Below, one piece after another: positions 18,329 through 26,724 of a DNA stretch of 64,000 nt. Both the position numbers and the translations under genes were made by a program. This DNA comes from Candidatus Latescibacterota bacterium (lineage in GTDB: Bacteria > Latescibacterota > UBA2968 > GCA-2709665): positions 1,472,001 through 1,536,000 of the forward strand of contig OZ244937.1 in the NCBI GenBank assembly GCA_965222075.1, in the 5' to 3' direction. How positions within the stretch are numbered: the stretch's first letter is position 1; every line of letters begins with the position of its first letter. Under the pieces are notes generated by a model. It saw only the letters and a program-made list of their open reading frames with translations. It searched no databases and was not told the origin of the DNA.

Positions 18329-19291
18329 CTACCGATACACCGCGTGTATCAACCCCCTGATATGCCCCACCGCAAACGCCTGACCCGCCCATTCCGTCTG
18401 GGGCAGCCCCGGCGTGTGATCCATCATAAACGGCCCGTTAAAGCCCGCATCTCGATAAATCTCCATCGCCCTGCGCATATCGATATCGCCTTCGTCTAAG
18501 AACACCTCCTGAAAAACGGGCAACGCCCCCCGGACGTTTCGGAAATGGACAAAGACGATCTTCTCCCTGGTTGCCATTTCGTGAATGGCGTCATAAACGT
18601 CTACCCCCATTTCCGTCACGCACCCCTGGCAGAACAGCATGCCGTTGGACCTGCTCGGCGCCAGACCGAAAACCCGGCGGTACTGCTCCAGGGTCGACGC
18701 GATCTGCGCCACGCCCGCCAGCGGTTCGGGAATCGGTGGGTCGTCCGGGTGCAGCGCCATCCGCACCCCGGCCTCCTCGGCCACCGGAATCACCCGTTTG
18801 AGGAAGTAGTCCATATGCTCCCACATCTCATCTTCGGTGACCGGAAGCTCGTGGGGTTTGGGCCGGTTGAGTGAAAACTCGTGGTAATTGAAGGTGCTGT
18901 ACTTTGCCCCCCCGCGGCCGATCGCCGATGTCGTTCGAAAATTCCCCATCGGCTTGAAATTGTACCCCAGCGCCGGAATCCCGGCCGCCCCGACGCACCG
19001 CAGCATCTGGCACCATGCCTCGATCTTCTCATCCCGGTCGTCCATCCCCAGCGTAATCTCGTCCCAGCCCGCCATAAACAGGCTGTACAGCTCCATCCCG
19101 TGGGATTCCACCTTCGCCTTCGCCGCTTCCAAAAACTCGGTGCTGTCCCGGCCATCCCTCAAATCCATCGAAGGGTCCACCCGGTGCATTGCCCGGATAT
19201 CCAGGCAGATCATATCCACCCCAATCGCCCTGTAAAAACGCAAATGCGTGTCGTCAAACTCACCCCATTGGATGAGATCCTGGATGTACAT
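18329..19291 (-). CDS. mannonate dehydratase (UxuA)-like protein, paralog 1
   Basis: Same motifs (HPDDPP, CQGC, HFRNVRG, MDHTP). Confidence 0.85.
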   Translation of the reverse strand: MYIQDLIQWGEFDDTHLRFYRAIGVDMICLDIRAMHRVDPSMDLRDGRDSTEFLEAAKAKVESHGMELYSLFMAGWDEITLGMDDRDEKIEAWCQMLRCVGAAGIPALGYNFKPMGNFRTTSAIGRGGAKYSTFNYHEFSLNRPKPHELPVTEDEMWEHMDYFLKRVIPVAEEAGVRMALHPDDPPIPEPLAGVAQIASTLEQYRRVFGLAPSRSNGMLFCQGCVTEMGVDVYDAIHEMATREKIVFVHFRNVRGALPVFQEVFLDEGDIDMRRAMEIYRDAGFNGPFMMDHTPGLPQTEWAGQAFAVGHIRGLIHAVYR

Positions 19292-19303
19292 AAAATTCCC
19301 TCC

Positions 19304-20446
19304 TCACGCCTTCGGGTCCAGCAGGCGGTTGATGCCGAACACGCCGATATCGAACCGGCTGGCGCTCCCCACGGCCATGTCGGCCAGGATCTCTCCGATC
19401 ACCGCCGAGAACTTGAACCCATGGCCCGAGCAGGGGCTGCCGATGACCACTTGCGGGTGCTCGGGATGGTAGTCGATGAGCCATCGGGAATCGGGCAGAT
19501 TGGTGTACATGCACACAACGCTCTCAAGCACCCTGCCTGCGGCATCGGGAATGTACCGCTCTACCAGGGGCCTGATCACCCCTTCGTCTTCGGCTGTGGT
19601 CTTTCGAACCAGGGAATCCGGATCAACCCCCGGTTGCCCCCGGTGCAGCGCCGCCTTGAAGCCGCGGCCAAAATTGGGTTGGCAGTAGAATGAGGGGCCC
19701 GGCCCGCACCCCCACGAATTATTCGGACATCGATCCGGCGTGAACAGCTCTGCGTTTCGGACCGGCTTGAACATAAAAATCGTCATCCGCTCAATCGTAA
19801 CCGGAAGGCCCAGCTCGGCAACCAGCCGATCCACCCAGGCGCCGGCGGTAATCACCAGCCGGTCTGCCCTGAACGTTCCCTTCGCAGTCGTCACCCGAAC
19901 CCCGCCGCCGTCCGGGTTCCATGCCAGCACCGGTTCGTCGCAGCGCAGCCCGGCGCCGGCCTGCTCGGCCAGTTTCAGGTACGCCCCGATGCACTTCTCA
20001 GGAAACACTGCCCCGGCCCTGGGTTCGTAGATCCCCTCCCAATCCTCTTCGGGCCGGAACATCGGGTACCGGCGCCGGATCTCATCCGCCGGAATTCGCT
20101 CGATCGGAATGCCAAACGCCTTGGCGCTTTGCACCATGCCCCTGGCGTCCCGGTCGTCCGCGCGCCGCATCGACAGGTGGCCGTACGTCTTAACCAGCTC
20201 CTCGCCGCTGGCCCGCTCCAGCTCATACCACAGCTCATAGGCGCGCAGCACCAGCGGCACATACCCGGAGCCGGCGGGATACGCCTCTCGAATAACCCGC
20301 GCGTGGCCGTGCGAGGACCCCTGGCCGTGGGGTGGACGAAACCGGTCGAACCCGAGCACACGCTTTCCCCGCACTGCAAGCTGGTACACGGTTGCGCTGC
20401 CCATTGCGCCCATGCCGGCAACGATCACATCAACAGTACGCGTCAT
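19304..20446 (-). CDS. solA: N-methyl-L-tryptophan oxidase / monomeric sarcosine oxidase family
   Basis: GMGAMGSA, GSSHG.ARVIR.AY, CMYT, CSGHGFKF. Confidence 0.85.
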   Translation of the reverse strand: MTRTVDVIVAGMGAMGSATVYQLAVRGKRVLGFDRFRPPHGQGSSHGHARVIREAYPAGSGYVPLVLRAYELWYELERASGEELVKTYGHLSMRRADDRDARGMVQSAKAFGIPIERIPADEIRRRYPMFRPEEDWEGIYEPRAGAVFPEKCIGAYLKLAEQAGAGLRCDEPVLAWNPDGGGVRVTTAKGTFRADRLVITAGAWVDRLVAELGLPVTIERMTIFMFKPVRNAELFTPDRCPNNSWGCGPGPSFYCQPNFGRGFKAALHRGQPGVDPDSLVRKTTAEDEGVIRPLVERYIPDAAGRVLESVVCMYTNLPDSRWLIDYHPEHPQVVIGSPCSGHGFKFSAVIGEILADMAVGSASRFDIGVFGINRLLDPKA

Positions 20447-20493
20447 CGATCTCCGCCGCTCTGGATGGTCCGGCTCCTGAAACCACAGGGGAG

Positions 20494-20522
20494 ATTATGC
20501 GCCTGGATTCATCCAAAGTCAA
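20494..20522 (-). promoter_or_regulatory. sigma70 promoter P1 for the solA-uxuA run, palindrome in spacer
   Basis: TTGACT-17 nt-CATAAT; spacer contains TGGAT-TC-ATCCA (20504-20515). Confidence 0.6.
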
Positions 20523-20609
20523 GCACAGAATGGCCAGGGGCTCAAGCCCTCCTGCCCGGACACGGTCCGTCCCTTACTTACTGTGAAATGGGTTTGGCAA
20601 CATCTCCAC

Positions 20610-20638
20610 AGGATAGCCATTTCGCCCGTTTCTGTCAA
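20610..20638 (-). promoter_or_regulatory. sigma70 promoter P2 upstream of solA
   Basis: TTGACA-17 nt-TATCCT. Confidence 0.55.
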
Positions 20639-20776
20639 GGATGCGATGCGCAAAAGGAAGGTATTTGAATGCCCCAAAAAAGACTTGCGCCCGCCCGTTT
20701 AATTGTGTATATCCAAAATAGACAAAGCTAAGAGGTTCCCGTTCGATCCACTTCACCCCACTCAGGGGGGTTCACC

Positions 20777-20962
20777 ATGCAGCAAGCGCCCACACTGGAA
20801 TCCAGGTTATCCCGCGTAGAAGGCATTGTCGAGCAAATCGACAAGCGCCTAACAAGCCTCGAAACGCGCATGGCCAGCCTGGAAATCGGTCAACGCTGGA
20901 TTATCGGTATCCAGTTCACCACGCTGTTGACGCTTGGATCACTCATTCTTTTCAAGCTCTAA
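20777..20962 (+). CDS. small coiled-coil protein with C-terminal TM helix (XhlA/DUF1640-like)
   Basis: LESRLSRVEG..EQIDKRL heptads then RWIIGIQFTTLLTLGSLILFKL; AGGGGGG RBS. Confidence 0.7.
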   Translation: MQQAPTLESRLSRVEGIVEQIDKRLTSLETRMASLEIGQRWIIGIQFTTLLTLGSLILFKL

Positions 20963-20966
20963 CACG

Positions 20967-20999
20967 CCTGCCTGTGCGTGTGCCACGCACGCAGACAGG
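20967..20999. repeat. CCTGCCTG-family palindromic element, 33 bp
   Basis: CCTGCCTGTGCGTGTGCCACGCACGCAGACAGG. Confidence 0.75.
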
Positions 21000-21302
21000 T
21001 AAGGACGGAACCCCGCCCTTAACGCGATGTTGAGAATTTCTGGCCTAGAGAGACAATCCGCCCGAATCCGCTAATTGGCCTTGAAATCTCAAATCCCACC
21101 AGATAAAGGCGCCGTTGCCAGTGAGATAAACGCCTACAAAAAGAGTGTGATACGCAATAGTATCGTTAAAGGTGCAGAGTCCCACGACCACCATCCATGA
21201 AGCCCATCAGATCAATATAAAAGGTTTAAATCAATAAAATACTGTACGCAACCAGGTATATGGCAAGTCCCCCTTTCTACGCCTGTTCTTAAGTCCCCCT
21301 TT

Positions 21303-22598
21303 TTACTCCTGTTCAATGACCTCGATCTTATGGCCATCGGTCCACCTGTCCGGCCAGCCATCGGCGGTGTAGCCTGTGGCCTCAGCGGTCCGCAGCGACG
21401 AGAAAGGCCCATCGCCCAAACGGGCCAGCACACCGCCGGGACCCATATCCGGATCGACGGCAACCGTCACGTCCAGGGGCTGATCGATGGGCACCTCAGG
21501 TCCTGTCCAGACGCAGGGATAGCGCTCACGTGGATCGTAGAGCGCAACCGTAAGCCGGGGTGCCCAGCCGTCCAGCGAAATGCGCACCCGGGGAAACGGC
21601 TCGGCTTCACAACGTCCCTCAAGCAGCACGCGCGCCGGCGAGGACGCAATCTCTTCGGCCTTGAACCGCCAGATTCGTGCGGTGCCGGGCGCCAGAGGCC
21701 ACGCGACCGACTCGCGCCTGCGTCCTTCCATATCCAGGGTCTGGCACCGCAGACCCTGATCGTCCAGGGCAATCTGCACCAGGTGGTGGTACTCGGTTGG
21801 TGCGGGCATGCACCCGCCCGGACCAAAACTTGTGCCGGCGCCGCCGCTGGTCATCTGCAGCACACCCTGGTGCACCTGCGCGTCGAATGCAATCACGTGG
21901 CTGCACAAATACGCGGTCACACGATGGCGTGCCAGTACATCCCAGAACGGTCTTCCAAATTCGGGAGACATCGTCCAGATGCGGGCGGTGTATCCATTCA
22001 CCGGATAAACCGGCGTATGCCCCATTACAACCTTGTGGGCCGCATCCGCATGCTCGGTCAAAACGCGATCGACCCACCCGTGGTCCGCCCGGCCACCGAA
22101 AACCGTAGACGGAGCGCCCAGTGTCGTAGCATACACATTCAGCGCAATCATCAGAAGCTCGCCCTCGCGCACAAAATAGCTCAGCCCCTCCTGGCCGGGA
22201 GGCCCGTTGGCCGGAATCTCGGGAAACACCTCGCGCCATACGTCCTCGCTCACAGCATTAAACGTATCGTGATTCCCGGCAATGCGGTAGACCGGAACCC
22301 CCATGTCCCTCAGGGGCTTCATCTCCCCCCCCAGAACGCGGCCCCACTCTGCCCGCAGGGCATCCGGGTCCGGATTCGGACCGTGGTCGCGTTTGAGGCC
22401 CCAGATCATATCTCCCAGGAAACACACAAAATCGGGCCCGGGCGTCAGCCGCCCCATCACATCGTGCAGCGCAGCCAGATGCTGCTCGTGGTTCCGACCC
22501 GGCTCCGGCGGGCCAATGCAGCAGTCTCCGTATGCCACAAACTGGCATCCCGACCCGCCGCGGGGCGTCAGAGCCGATACCGAATCTGCTATATTCAT
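21303..22598 (-). CDS. calcineurin-like metallophosphoesterase
   Basis: YGD, LGD, GNHD, GH.P, CSH motifs; start reassigned to ATG 22598. Confidence 0.85.
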   Translation of the reverse strand: MNIADSVSALTPRGGSGCQFVAYGDCCIGPPEPGRNHEQHLAALHDVMGRLTPGPDFVCFLGDMIWGLKRDHGPNPDPDALRAEWGRVLGGEMKPLRDMGVPVYRIAGNHDTFNAVSEDVWREVFPEIPANGPPGQEGLSYFVREGELLMIALNVYATTLGAPSTVFGGRADHGWVDRVLTEHADAAHKVVMGHTPVYPVNGYTARIWTMSPEFGRPFWDVLARHRVTAYLCSHVIAFDAQVHQGVLQMTSGGAGTSFGPGGCMPAPTEYHHLVQIALDDQGLRCQTLDMEGRRRESVAWPLAPGTARIWRFKAEEIASSPARVLLEGRCEAEPFPRVRISLDGWAPRLTVALYDPRERYPCVWTGPEVPIDQPLDVTVAVDPDMGPGGVLARLGDGPFSSLRTAEATGYTADGWPDRWTDGHKIEVIEQE

Positions 22599-22624
22599 CG
22601 AATTTCCCTCCAAAACCGTATATC

Positions 22625-23413
22625 CTACCACGGTCGATTCGCCGGCACCGGCTGCTCCAGCCCGTCCGCCCGGACGTTGGCCCCGTTGACCCACCGCGCC
22701 CGCTCCGAGGCCAGGAACAGGACCACATCGGCCACCTCTTCCGGCGTGCCGAGCCGCCCCATCGGGAAGCCGTCCCGCTCGTAGGCGGCGAACTTCTCCG
22801 GCTCCCTCTGTCGAAAGGCGTCCCAGCTTCCCTCCTCAAACAGGATTGACCCCGGCGACACCACGTTTACCCGGATGCGGTCGTGAACCAACTCCAGCGC
22901 CAGCGGCTCGGCCATAAAGATCTGCGCCGCCTTCGACGCCCCGTACTGCGGCGCTCCGCTCAGCTGTGGAATCCAGCCGGAGATGGAGGAAATAAACACC
23001 ACCGACCCGCCCCCTCGCGCCTGCATATGAGGCACGACCAGGCGCGTCAGCCGCACCCCCTGAAACACATTGTACTCAAACGTCTCCACCCAGTCCTCGT
23101 CCGACGACGCCACCAGCCCTTTGCCGATGCCAAACCCCACATTGTTGATCAGAATATCGATTCCGCCCAGCTGCGCGGCGGCCTCTTCCACAAACCGGCG
23201 CGCATCCTCCGGCCGCAGCACGTCCGCCGGGATCGGGGCTGCGCGCACCCCCAGGGCCTCAACCTGCTCTGCCGCACGCCCAAGCACATCCTCCCGCCGG
23301 GCGCACATGGCAACATCGCACCCCTCCTTCGCCAGCCCGAGGGCCGTGGCCAGGCCGATTCCCTGGCTGGCGCCCGTCACAAGCGCCACCTTACCCTCAA
23401 GTTCCAGATCCAT
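22625..23413 (-). CDS. SDR family oxidoreductase
   Basis: TGASQGIG, NNVG, YGASK, RVNVVSPG; start ATG 23413 after GGAGG. Confidence 0.93.
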   Translation of the reverse strand: MDLELEGKVALVTGASQGIGLATALGLAKEGCDVAMCARREDVLGRAAEQVEALGVRAAPIPADVLRPEDARRFVEEAAAQLGGIDILINNVGFGIGKGLVASSDEDWVETFEYNVFQGVRLTRLVVPHMQARGGGSVVFISSISGWIPQLSGAPQYGASKAAQIFMAEPLALELVHDRIRVNVVSPGSILFEEGSWDAFRQREPEKFAAYERDGFPMGRLGTPEEVADVVLFLASERARWVNGANVRADGLEQPVPANRPW

Positions 23414-23613
23414 CTCGCACCTCCGGAGATTGACTTCACCACAGGAATGGAATTCGGTATCGCTTACAATATAGGCGTCTATTCTGCCCAGCGCACTTAA
23501 AAAAAACACAAGCAGCGGAACCTGAGCCCTTTCCACGGGTCCTATACTTGGTTATATTTAAAGGTGAAACGCTACCATCGTCCTCTTACAAAAATAGGGC
23601 TTCTTTGTCAGTG

Positions 23614-23970
23614 ATGTTCTCTTGCTTAAAAAAATGTTCCGCCCTCTTCCTGAGCCTGGCCGTGCTGCTGGCGGGCGTAAACTGTTTCTGCTGGGCGCAG
23701 GTTGCTGCGCAGACCTGCCATGCCCCGGCAAAGATGTCGGACTGCTGCTGCGGTGAAGAGGGCGAAGTGACGGACGACACCTCCGACCTCCCTCCAATGC
23801 TCCTTCCGCCGGCTCCCAAACTGCCGGGTCCTGAGATCTGCGCAGACGTTCAATGCTCCCTTCCCCACCTTTCCAGTCCTCTCCATGTCCGGCAGGCGGA
23901 AACCACTCGCATCGCCTCCTCACGCGCTTCTCCTGTGCTCTATATTCTCAACGCCTCTTTCCTCATCTGA
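23614..23970 (+). CDS. small exported Cys/Pro-rich protein upstream of metal efflux operon (DUF2946/CutF-like)
   Basis: Hydrophobic N-terminus, CFC, CH, DCCC, Pro-rich middle, RASP near the C-terminus. Confidence 0.6.
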   Translation: MFSCLKKCSALFLSLAVLLAGVNCFCWAQVAAQTCHAPAKMSDCCCGEEGEVTDDTSDLPPMLLPPAPKLPGPEICADVQCSLPHLSSPLHVRQAETTRIASSRASPVLYILNASFLI

Positions 23971-24114
23971 TTCCCTCCTGTGGACGTCCCTGTTCAGGAC
24001 GTTCTCTGCCTATTTTTCCCGTTTTCTTATTTCCGAAATCTTCAGAAGTGTAGACACGCATCCCGTCAGAGGCCTTTTCTCTTGGCATGGATGCAGACGA
24101 GGAGATCGTACACC

Positions 24115-25386
24115 GTGAACAGTTTCAAAATGGCCCTCCGGGCAGGGTGCTTCCTCACGGCCTTCACCACAAGCTTCGCGGGCGCTGAAGCGCTCAACCT
24201 GAAAGCGCTGATTGACGAAGCGCTTGCGAACAATCCGGAACTGACCGCCCTGAAGAGCCGGTGGGAGGCGTTTGAGACGCGGGTGCCCCGGGCAGGGGCA
24301 TTGAACGATCCGACGCTTCGGCTCGACGCAATAAACCTGCCCACAAGTACATTCGACTTCAACACTACGCCAATGTCGGGAAAATCGGTCATGTTCAGCC
24401 AGCAGATCCCCTTTCCGGGCACGCTGGCAGCCAGGGAGCGGATGGCGAGACACGCGGCAGCATCGGCCCGGGAAATCTATCGGGACCGGGAAGGCGTGAT
24501 TGTGAACATGGTCAAGCAGGCCTACTTCAGCCTGGCGTTTTTTGACCGATCGATCCGGATCACGCAGAAAAACAAGGCATTGTTGAAGGACTTCATCCGA
24601 ATCGCCCAGACGAAATACGCGGTGGGCCGCGGTCTGCAGCAGGATGTGCTTAAAGCCCAGGTGTCGCTATCGGGGTTGATGGACCGATTAATCAAGCTCA
24701 GGCGGATGCGACGGACGGCCGAAGCGCAGCTGAACCTGGTGCTCAACCGGCCCCCACAAGCGCCGGTCGGTGCCCCGGATGGGGTGACCCTGACCCCGCT
24801 GGCGCTGTCCCTGGAAGCGATCCGGCAGGCCGCGCTGGAAAACCGCCATCTGCTGAAAGGGATCAACCAGACCATCCAGCAGTGGGCAGCGGCAAAAGAG
24901 GCTGCCCGCCGGCAGCTCTGGCCGTACTTCACCTTCACCTTTGGCTACCGGCAGCGGGCGTTTATGCCCACAGACCCGGTGAAAGGCAGCGATTTTCTCT
25001 CCTTCGGCGTGGGAATAAGCCTGCCGATCTACCGGGGGCGCAAGCAACACCAGAAAGTAGCCGAGGCGCAGGCCAACATCCGGATGGTCGAAGCGCAGCA
25101 CGAGGCGGCCAGGCAGCGGGTGCTTTTCCAGGTGCAGACGATCTACCTGGAGATTGGACAGCATAGGGAAGAGGCGGAGTTGTTCCGGACCGCCATCTTA
25201 CCCCAGGCGGAGCAATCTCTCCGATCCGCGGCGGCCGGCTACCAGGTGGACAAGGTCGACTTTCTGACCCTGTTAAACAATCAGGTCACGCTTTTCAATT
25301 TCGAAATCGACTACTACCGGCATGTGACAGAACACGAAAAACAACTGGCGGACTTAGAAGCGGTCGTTGGAAAGCGGCTTTTTTAA
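24115..25386 (+). CDS. TolC family outer membrane factor (CusC-like)
   Basis: LIDEALANNPEL, Q.IPFPG, A.AGYQVDKVDFLTLL; GTG start after GAGGAG. Confidence 0.9.
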   Translation: MNSFKMALRAGCFLTAFTTSFAGAEALNLKALIDEALANNPELTALKSRWEAFETRVPRAGALNDPTLRLDAINLPTSTFDFNTTPMSGKSVMFSQQIPFPGTLAARERMARHAAASAREIYRDREGVIVNMVKQAYFSLAFFDRSIRITQKNKALLKDFIRIAQTKYAVGRGLQQDVLKAQVSLSGLMDRLIKLRRMRRTAEAQLNLVLNRPPQAPVGAPDGVTLTPLALSLEAIRQAALENRHLLKGINQTIQQWAAAKEAARRQLWPYFTFTFGYRQRAFMPTDPVKGSDFLSFGVGISLPIYRGRKQHQKVAEAQANIRMVEAQHEAARQRVLFQVQTIYLEIGQHREEAELFRTAILPQAEQSLRSAAAGYQVDKVDFLTLLNNQVTLFNFEIDYYRHVTEHEKQLADLEAVVGKRLF

Positions 25387-25401
25387 CCAGGGGGTGGTCC
25401 T

Positions 25402-26682
25402 ATGAAGACCAAACAGAGCATAGTGGTGATTCTGGCCCTGGGAGTTGGATTTGCCACAGGGGTCTGGATGGGAGGAGACCATGGAACAGGACACGAAGCG
25501 ACAGAAGCGGCGACCTACCGATGTCCGATGCACCCGACCGTGGTCTCGGAAAGGCCGGGGAGTTGCCCGATCTGCGGGATGGACCTGGTGGCGGACAAAA
25601 CGCACGGGGAAGCTCACGTATCCGGCGAACGCAAAATGGAAAGCGGAAGGGGCGTGAAGATCGACCCTGCGACAGTGCAGAACATCGGGGTGAAGACCGC
25701 GGTGGTAGAGCGGCAGCCGCTGGTCCGCACGGTGCGCACCGTGGGGCGCGTGGACTACGACGAGACCCGAATGACCGATGTGAACACCAAGGTCACCGGC
25801 TGGGTGGAACGATTGTTTGTGGACTACACTGGACAGATGGTAAAAAAGGGACAGCCGCTTTTGGAGATCTACAGTCCCGAACTTGTGGCTGCCCAGGAGG
25901 AATACCTGACGGCCCTGGACTACAACCGGCGGCTGATGGAAAGCGCCTCCGAGGAGATTGCGGCAGGGGCGCTTGACCTGCTCAGATCGGCCAGACAGCG
26001 GCTTCTCTACTGGGACATCACCGAAGAACAGATTGCCGAACTGGAGCGCACCCGGCAGGTCAAGCGGACGATGACCCTCCACTCCCCGCAGCAGGGCGTG
26101 GTCGTCCACAAGGACGTATTCGATGGGGCGCACATCAAAGCCGGCCAACACCTCTACCGGATCGCCGACCTCTCCCGGGTCTGGGTCTACGCCCACATCT
26201 ACGAGTACGAACTGCCCTGGATCAAGATGGGACAGGAAGCGGAAGTGGAACTCTCCTACGAACCGGGAAAGACCTTCCGGGGAAAGGTGACTTACGTCTA
26301 CCCCTTCTTAGAGTCGAAGACGCGGACGGTGAAGGTGCGGATGGTATTCCCAAACCCCGGGATAAAGTTGAAACCGGAGATGTATGCCAATGTCAAAATA
26401 AAGCCTGTCGTGTCCCGCAACGCGGTCGTCGTGCCGACGCAGGCGGTGATCCGTTCCGGGACGCGCAACGTGGTCATTCTGGACCTCGGCGAGGGCCGCT
26501 TCCTGCCCCGGGAGGTCGTGCTGGGCGTCGAAGCGGAGGGGGTCACCGAGGCCATCAAAGGCCTGGCGGAGGGGGATCGGATCGTGACGTCGGCGCAGTT
26601 CCTGATCGATTCGGAGAGCCACCTGAAGGCGGCGCTGGCCACGATGGGCGGGGATCGGTCGGAAGCGGGACATCAGCATTAG
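25402..26682 (+). CDS. cusB: RND periplasmic adaptor with heavy-metal-binding domain (CusB-like)
   Basis: YRCPMHP..PGSCPICGMDL, IYSPELVAAQEEYL, LKPEMYA, QFLIDSES. Confidence 0.9.
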   Translation: MKTKQSIVVILALGVGFATGVWMGGDHGTGHEATEAATYRCPMHPTVVSERPGSCPICGMDLVADKTHGEAHVSGERKMESGRGVKIDPATVQNIGVKTAVVERQPLVRTVRTVGRVDYDETRMTDVNTKVTGWVERLFVDYTGQMVKKGQPLLEIYSPELVAAQEEYLTALDYNRRLMESASEEIAAGALDLLRSARQRLLYWDITEEQIAELERTRQVKRTMTLHSPQQGVVVHKDVFDGAHIKAGQHLYRIADLSRVWVYAHIYEYELPWIKMGQEAEVELSYEPGKTFRGKVTYVYPFLESKTRTVKVRMVFPNPGIKLKPEMYANVKIKPVVSRNAVVVPTQAVIRSGTRNVVILDLGEGRFLPREVVLGVEAEGVTEAIKGLAEGDRIVTSAQFLIDSESHLKAALATMGGDRSEAGHQH

Positions 26683-26724
26683 GCCCCCTCCCCTTGTGGG
26701 GAAGGAGGGTCAGAGGGTTAGATC

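Noticed and set aside
17093-18499. 468-aa plus-strand ORF
   Set aside because: Antisense shadow of uxuA-like genes, expected in high-GC DNA
21000-21303. AT-richer intergenic segment with a short minus-strand ORF and a 12-bp direct repeat AAGTCCCCCTTT (21265, 21291)
   Set aside because: No recognisable protein or RNA motif; cannot support a call
21330-22784. 484-aa plus-strand ORF
   Set aside because: Antisense to the metallophosphoesterase; no recognisable motifs
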